DNA of 64,000 bases from an uncultured delta proteobacterium (GTDB taxonomy: Bacteria; Desulfobacterota; Binatia; Binatales; Binataceae): NCBI GenBank assembly GCA_963711565.1, contig CAVQEQ010000003.1, forward strand, positions 1,312,001-1,376,000, in the 5' to 3' direction. The notes under the pieces are model-generated. The model had not been told where the DNA came from and did no database searches. It worked only from the letters and a program-made list of their open reading frames with translations. A program made the position numbers and the translations under genes. This document shows, piece after piece, positions 58,454 through 64,000 of this stretch; within the stretch, counting starts at the first letter, position 1; each line of letters opens with the position of its first letter.

Positions 58454-60373
58454 TTACGAATTCAGATTTGCATAAAGGATTTTGCGAATGTCTTTGGCGA
58501 GCGAGGCGCCGTCGGCTCGCAGCTTGCGCGTGTTGAAGCCCTTCAGCTCGACGCTCACCGTCAGCTCGGCGTCGGAGATGTCGGCGGGCGTTGCGAATGC
58601 GACGCGGCCGCTCTCGGGCGTGCGCGTTTCCGCGATGACAGCATCGCCGCGGCCGTGGATCGTTACGCGCGCGCCGGCGAGCGGCGGATGTTCGCCGTCG
58701 GGCAGCGCGTCGTTGTCCAGCACGGTCACGCGGATGCTGCGCAGGTCGCGCGCGCGCTCGACCTCGACGCGCAGGTCACGCAGGTAGATCATCGGCTCGG
58801 CAAACACGCCCTGGATTCCCGCGCGCTCCGGCTCGCGCGCCGGATTTGCCTTCAGCTCGACGCGCTGCGCCGCCATCCCATGGTCGGAGGTGACGACGAA
58901 CAGCGTCGATTCGAGCAGGACGCGCGCGCGGAACAAGTCGAGCACCGCGCCGATGCGCTTGTCGGTGCGATACAGCGCCTCGCGCTGGCCCTCGTGATGC
59001 GGGCCGTAGTCGTGGCCGGCGCCGTCGGTAAGCACGAACTCGTGCGCGACGAAGACGGGCGCGTCGCCGCTGCAATGCTCGAACAGGGTGATAAGTTGCG
59101 CCATGCCGCGGATGTCCACGACCTCTTCGCGCGTCATCCCAGGCATGTTGTCCGCGGCCCATCGCGGGCTCACGTCGGAGATCATGTCTGCCGTGAGCGC
59201 CTTAAGGCGCGCCTTGTCGCCGACGATACGCCGCTCGAACGCCGCGTGATCGGCGCCGCGTCCCTGCGGTTCGTGAATAGACGCAGTGATCGTCCCTGCG
59301 CCACCCGCGCGCTGGAAGGCCTCGTAGAGCGTCTCGACGTCGTGATTCAGATAGCGCTCGCCCTCGAAGACGTTGCCCTGAATCGGCACGGTCTCGCGAT
59401 GCTCGCGCAGGTGGAAGGTGGGATTGACGACGTCGTGATGCCCGCACCACGCGCCGGTCAGAATCGTCGAATGGCTGGGCCAGGTGATGCTGGGGAAGTT
59501 AACGATCGAGCCGTGCGAGAGCATCGCGCCGCGCTCGACGAGACCGGCGAGATTCGGAATCGCGCCCGGATTATTCTCGAGCTGATGACGCAGTTCCGAA
59601 TGCGACTGGCCGTCGAGCAGAATCATGTACACGTGCCGCGGGCGTCCCGCATTGTCGTCGATTATTTCGTCGAGCGGCTGCCCGTCCTGGCGCTTCAGAT
59701 AAACTTCAGCGGGCGCGCCTGACGCGTCGAGGCCGGCGATCTTCGGAAGTCCCGCGATGCGCGCGATTGTCGGCGCGACGTCAACCTGGCGCGCGTTCAG
59801 CTTGAAGAGCCCACGGCGGACACCGGGGCCGCTGAATATCAGCGGCGCGCGGCACTGTACGATGTCGAGCGCGCCGTGCTGTCCCGGCTGGATGCCGTAG
59901 GCATAAGCCTTGGGGCTGACGACCACGTCGGGCGCGCGCGGACTGTCGAAGAGTTGTGCGATTCGCTCGTACGCATACGGATGGCTGAGCACGCGGGGCT
60001 CGAAGTATGCGCGATTGGGATCGTCGGTGCGATTGCCGCTGCGTGCGGCGGCGTCGAGCTCGTCGGCGATGGTCGAGACGATGAACGGGTCCTGATTGGC
60101 GATCGGATTCTCGCCGATCTGCTCGACGACTTCGAACGACAGCGCGCCGCGTGCGTCGGCAAAGCGCTTGAATCGAATCATCCCGCGCCGCGACCAAACT
60201 TCGTAGGCGTCGTCGCGCCACGTGATCGCGAGATCGGCGTAATCGGCGGCCGGGGTCTCGGCGAGCAGCGCGAGGATGGTCGCGTCGCCGGAATCGTACT
60301 GATGCGGATCGAGTCCCTGGCCACCGCGGCGTTCAGGGCCGTGTTCGCGCATATTGTCTGATTCGCGATTCAT
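58454..60373 (-). CDS. Alkaline phosphatase/NPP superfamily protein, circularly permuted
   Basis: GQHG, PLIFSGPG and DVAPT precede LLDG, PSITWPSH, DGAGH and SDHG. Confidence 0.85.
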   Translation of the reverse strand: MNRESDNMREHGPERRGGQGLDPHQYDSGDATILALLAETPAADYADLAITWRDDAYEVWSRRGMIRFKRFADARGALSFEVVEQIGENPIANQDPFIVSTIADELDAAARSGNRTDDPNRAYFEPRVLSHPYAYERIAQLFDSPRAPDVVVSPKAYAYGIQPGQHGALDIVQCRAPLIFSGPGVRRGLFKLNARQVDVAPTIARIAGLPKIAGLDASGAPAEVYLKRQDGQPLDEIIDDNAGRPRHVYMILLDGQSHSELRHQLENNPGAIPNLAGLVERGAMLSHGSIVNFPSITWPSHSTILTGAWCGHHDVVNPTFHLREHRETVPIQGNVFEGERYLNHDVETLYEAFQRAGGAGTITASIHEPQGRGADHAAFERRIVGDKARLKALTADMISDVSPRWAADNMPGMTREEVVDIRGMAQLITLFEHCSGDAPVFVAHEFVLTDGAGHDYGPHHEGQREALYRTDKRIGAVLDLFRARVLLESTLFVVTSDHGMAAQRVELKANPAREPERAGIQGVFAEPMIYLRDLRVEVERARDLRSIRVTVLDNDALPDGEHPPLAGARVTIHGRGDAVIAETRTPESGRVAFATPADISDAELTVSVELKGFNTRKLRADGASLAKDIRKILYANLNS

Positions 60374-60550
60374 TTTTTCTTCGACTCTCCTTGATAGGGA
60401 AACATTGCGCCGCGCGACATGAGACGTGCAAGCGACTCAAGGCATTCTACTTAATGTTTCGTTCACATTCGCAATCCGGCCGGCGAGGATTGCGTGTGCG
60501 CGCGCATTCCCGCAATAGTGAAACCCCAAATCGGGAAAGGCAATCAGTAT

Positions 60551-60892
60551 ATGGCGCTCAATGAAGAATTTGAATCACGCATCGGAAAAGGCACCAAGGC
60601 CTCGGGCAAGCTCAACTTTCGGGGCCCGGTAAAGATCGAGGGCGAAGCGGAAGGCGAGATTACCGGAGAGGAAGTTGTAATCGCGACCGGCGCGGTCGTG
60701 AGCGCGCGGATTTCCGCCAGCAAGGTGACGATCGCGGGTGCCTTCAGCGGCGAAGTGACGGCGCGCGAGCGGGTCGAGTTGATGGCGACGGCGCGAGTGC
60801 AATGCACGATCAATACGCCGAGCTTCGTACTCAACGAGGGCGCGCAGTTCGACGGCGATTGCAAGATGCCGGCGAAGAAGCTCGCGGCTTAG
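60551..60892 (+). CDS. Bactofilin (polymer-forming cytoskeletal protein)
   Basis: SRIGKGT..SGKL, IEGEAEGEI, EGAQFDGDCKM. Confidence 0.9.
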   Translation: MALNEEFESRIGKGTKASGKLNFRGPVKIEGEAEGEITGEEVVIATGAVVSARISASKVTIAGAFSGEVTARERVELMATARVQCTINTPSFVLNEGAQFDGDCKMPAKKLAA

Positions 60893-60909
60893 GCGAATCC
60901 ATCTCATCT

Positions 60910-60996
60910 AATGTGAACCCGCCGTGGGTTTCACACTTCCTTGGGCATCGACACCGTCGCGGGGGGGTGACCCCTGCACCCAGTTTCCATTACAAT
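60910..60996 (+). repeat. Family A repeat, copy 5 (diverged, with insertion)
   Basis: AATGTGAACCC..GGGTTTCACACTTCCTT...GGGGTGACCCCTGCACCCAGTTTCCATTACAAT. Confidence 0.8.
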
Positions 60997-61021
60997 CGCT
61001 GATTCAGAAGGAGCTTCAGTT

Positions 61022-62005
61022 ATGCGACCTGTCAAATTCAATGTCGGGCTTCCCAATGGCGATCCGGTTGCGACGCTGGCGACTGCGCGGCGAGCCGAGG
61101 AGCTGGGATACTATTCGGTTTCGATCGACGACCATTTCTTTATGCGCGGGTTGATGGCTGACGTGCGCGCGCCGCACTACGAATGCTTCACGATGCTGAG
61201 CGCGGTCGCGGCGGTTACAAAGAGCGTAAAGATGCTGCCGCTGGTTACGTCGATGTCTTATCGCAACCCTGCGCTGCTGGCGAAGACGATGGCGTCGATC
61301 GATAACCTTAGCGGCGGACGTTTTATCGCGGGGCTCGGCGCCGGCTGGTTCAAGGAAGAATACGACGCCTATAACTTTCCGTATCCGTCGAACGCGGAAC
61401 GGATCGAGCAGATGGGCGATGGTATCAAACTGCTCAAGGCGATGTGGACGCAGGACGAGCCGACCTATCACGGGAAGTATTTCAAGATCGACAAGGCCTA
61501 CTGCGATCCGAGGCCCGTCCAGCGGCCGCATCCGCCGATCCTGATTGGCGGCGGCGGCAAGCGTATCCTGGAAATCGCGGCGCAAGAGGCTGACATCCTG
61601 AATCTTAACCCGCCAATAACCAGGGGCTACGTCGATATCGCCCAAGCTCTCAAATTCGATCGCGCGACGGTGCTGAAACGTATCGAGATGATTCGCGGCT
61701 TCGTGAAAGCGGCGGGCCGCGCGCCGGACGCGCTCGAGCTCTCGGGCGGCGGGTTCGTGCTGATGGCCAAGGATCGCGCGACCGCGGATGCGATGGCGGC
61801 GGCGACGGCGCAGAGTCTTGGAATCGAAAACAACGAGAGCGTGCGGTCGTCGCTGCAGGTGATCATCGGCACGCCCGACGACGTCAAGCGCGAGCTTGAG
61901 ACTCGAATCGAGAAGTTCGGCATGACGTATTTCTTCCTGAACTTCATGATGCCCGATACGATCGAGATGTTCGCGAAGGAAGTGATGCCTGCGTTCGCGC
62001 GCTGA
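61022..62005 (+). CDS. LLM-class (probably F420-dependent) oxidoreductase
   Basis: IDDHF, YRNPALLAK, DNLSGGR, GLGAGW, PPILIGGGG. Confidence 0.92.
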   Translation: MRPVKFNVGLPNGDPVATLATARRAEELGYYSVSIDDHFFMRGLMADVRAPHYECFTMLSAVAAVTKSVKMLPLVTSMSYRNPALLAKTMASIDNLSGGRFIAGLGAGWFKEEYDAYNFPYPSNAERIEQMGDGIKLLKAMWTQDEPTYHGKYFKIDKAYCDPRPVQRPHPPILIGGGGKRILEIAAQEADILNLNPPITRGYVDIAQALKFDRATVLKRIEMIRGFVKAAGRAPDALELSGGGFVLMAKDRATADAMAAATAQSLGIENNESVRSSLQVIIGTPDDVKRELETRIEKFGMTYFFLNFMMPDTIEMFAKEVMPAFAR

Positions 62006-62282
62006 CTCGCCCTTTACTCCTTGGCTCGCCTGATCACGCAGGCTCGGCGCACTCTGCGTAACTGCCTGTAAAACTTTCCGCGTAAAAGTTTCAAAGTTCA
62101 CACCCCCTGACCAGTGGGTTCTGCAGCTGGTCAGGGAATTTTCCTTGAATTTCCAGCTTTACTGACGAGAAGAGCAGGGCCCTGAAATTGCTTCTTCGCG
62201 GGGCTCAATGAGGGAATTCCAAAATTGAAATAGCGGCGAAGTTTGCCGACGCCTGAATAACGCATCCGGAGGGGTATGCGAC

Positions 62283-64000
62283 ATGAATCGACGGCTGAAT
62301 CGGTTAAACCGAGCTACACCATTTCTACGTTCCGGGTATTCAACTCTTTCCAGCATCATGCACGCCGCGGCGTCGCCAGCAAGATTGGCGGCGATTGCGC
62401 TGATGGCGCTGTCATTCGCTTTCACTGCGGTCGCGCGGGCGAGCGTCACTGGAGATCCATCCGAGTTCAGCCTGTGTCCGATAAATTTCGCGGCGCCAGC
62501 TGACTCGGCTACCGGCTTGTTGTGCTCGCATAGCGAGACCACCGGCGGCACGCTCACTATCGGCAACTCGACCGTAACGATCAGCGACAACCCCGACACC
62601 GTCAACTTCGGCGCCTACAGCGTCACCGGGGCGGGATTTTTCGGCCCCGAAGTGATCGTGACCCCCACCAACGGCGCGGTCTTCGGCGGTCCAGCCCAGG
62701 AGGTGCCGGGCGGCTTGCTTGGACTCACAGGCGTAACGGCCTCCGTCAACGATGTTACCTCCTCGATCGAACTGGCCGGTCCAATTACGCCGGCGACGGT
62801 CGTCAACCCGACGGCCACCGCAGCGTTCTTCTGCGCGACTGGCGCGCTGGGCGACTGCGATGACGGACCGAGTGCGTACAGCGTGGTTACGGTGCCGATC
62901 AAGATCCAGCTCAACAACGTCACGCTCGGCTCAAATTGCTTCATCGGCTCGGATGCCGACCCGATTGTATTGAACCTGCAGGAGACCACGACCAGCGCGC
63001 CCGTACTCGGCAGCGCGGGGAACGCGCTCCTCGTCACCGGGGTGGAAGTGGCCGACAACACCTTCGCCGTCCCGGTGGCGTACGGGTGTGGGCCTTTGGG
63101 TACGCTCGACGCGGCCATCGACTTAAAGGTCGGGCTGCCTTCGCCGTCGGGCAAGAACTCGGCGCTGATCGAAGAGAACGGCGAAACCGAAGTCGCCAGT
63201 TTCCTCGTACCAACGCCCACCGCGACCCCAAGCGATACCCCGACGGCGACTCCGACCGATGACCCCAGCGCGACATCGACTCCCACCGAAACGGCGATAG
63301 GCACCGCAGTCGCGACCGCGACTGCTACGCTCACAGCGACGGCCGCCGCGACGGAGACTGCGACGCCGACTCCGACCGCTACTGCAAAGGTGACCATCAA
63401 GCCAGCTTCGCTAACCTTTGCCAAGCAGGAAGTGGGAACAACCTCGACCGCCAAGGACGTGACTCTGACTAATCCAAACAGCTTCTCGCTGCAGATCAAC
63501 AGCGTGATGGCTTCTGCCGGAGATTTCAGCCTTTCGAGCGACGGATGCAGCGGCACTGATCTCGGACCCGGAGCAAACTGCGTAGTCGGCGTGGAGTTCA
63601 CTCCCAGCGCGACCGGAACCCGGACGGGATCGTTGACGATCTCCGACGCGGCCGCCAACAGCCCGCAGAGCGTGAGTCTCTCGGGCACCGGCATCCTGGC
63701 GAAACCTACTTATTCGCCAACGCACGTAAGCTTCGGCCAACAGCCGGTGGAGGTTCCCAGCTCCGCCGAAACTATCACTTTGACCAACCCCAACAGTATT
63801 TCTCTCAGCGTGACCAGCGTCGTGCCTTCGGGCGACTTTACCACGGTCAATGACACTTGCAGCGGAACCCAGGTTGCGGCAAACGGAACCTGCACCTTTG
63901 GCGTAATTTTCACTCCCTCCCAGACCGGGACCAGAACGGGGAATGTTGTCGTCACCGACAACGCGGTGACGCCCACGCAGACGATCAACCTGTCGGGAGT
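62283..64000 (+). CDS. Large secreted protein: Cys-containing N-domain, P/T-rich linker, tandem ASH/choice-of-anchor-D Ig-like domains (runs off the window)
   Basis: Plus-strand frame from ATG 62283 (or 62358), absent from the ORF track because it is unterminated; signal peptide; PTPTATP linker; PASLTFAKQEVGTTS..VTLTN...C.V.V.FTP..TG.R.G.L repeats. Confidence 0.85.
   Translation, partial: MNRRLNRLNRATPFLRSGYSTLSSIMHAAASPARLAAIALMALSFAFTAVARASVTGDPSEFSLCPINFAAPADSATGLLCSHSETTGGTLTIGNSTVTISDNPDTVNFGAYSVTGAGFFGPEVIVTPTNGAVFGGPAQEVPGGLLGLTGVTASVNDVTSSIELAGPITPATVVNPTATAAFFCATGALGDCDDGPSAYSVVTVPIKIQLNNVTLGSNCFIGSDADPIVLNLQETTTSAPVLGSAGNALLVTGVEVADNTFAVPVAYGCGPLGTLDAAIDLKVGLPSPSGKNSALIEENGETEVASFLVPTPTATPSDTPTATPTDDPSATSTPTETAIGTAVATATATLTATAAATETATPTPTATAKVTIKPASLTFAKQEVGTTSTAKDVTLTNPNSFSLQINSVMASAGDFSLSSDGCSGTDLGPGANCVVGVEFTPSATGTRTGSLTISDAAANSPQSVSLSGTGILAKPTYSPTHVSFGQQPVEVPSSAETITLTNPNSISLSVTSVVPSGDFTTVNDTCSGTQVAANGTCTFGVIFTPSQTGTRTGNVVVTDNAVTPTQTINLSG

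Noticed and set aside
926-60996. CRISPR array from the recurring palindromic repeats
   Set aside because: Copies are kilobases apart, with no repeat-spacer periodicity and no cas genes.
62100-62280. Riboswitch upstream of the large secreted protein
   Set aside because: One hairpin (CCCTGACCAG...CTGGTCAGGG) but no recognisable aptamer consensus.

Overview
High-GC bacterial chromosomal window, gene-dense, with about 55 credible CDS. Gene content is compatible with Candidatus Binatia or a similar soil lineage (inference only). Most of it is housekeeping or metabolic: dciA-like, DUF1800/DUF1501, CoA transferase, aminotransferase, a MoxR-DUF58-vWA operon, nth, M20 peptidase, FIST, acyl-CoA dehydrogenase, TetR plus diiron protein, hrcA, ATP-dependent ligase, D,D-carboxypeptidase, cyclase-AAA-TPR, SDRs, bactofilin and an LLM oxidoreductase. 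The most unusual locus (4.56-7.37 kb) is a two-unit array of start-less 3D-domain-like 'toxin tips', each followed by a signal-peptide protein that is a candidate immunity factor. It is bracketed by a duplicated 5' end of a methyltransferase gene. Other notable items: a circularly permuted alkaline-phosphatase/NPP enzyme, a dispersed two-hairpin repeat family that mostly sits just after stop codons, a minimal REP-RAYT-REP element, a type II R-M pair, a perfect parS, tandem NrdR-like boxes, a CIRCE-like site downstream of hrcA, and gene relics (higB tail, internally deleted GPH transporter). I saw no tRNA, rRNA or CRISPR array. All calls come from reading motifs by eye; no searches were run.
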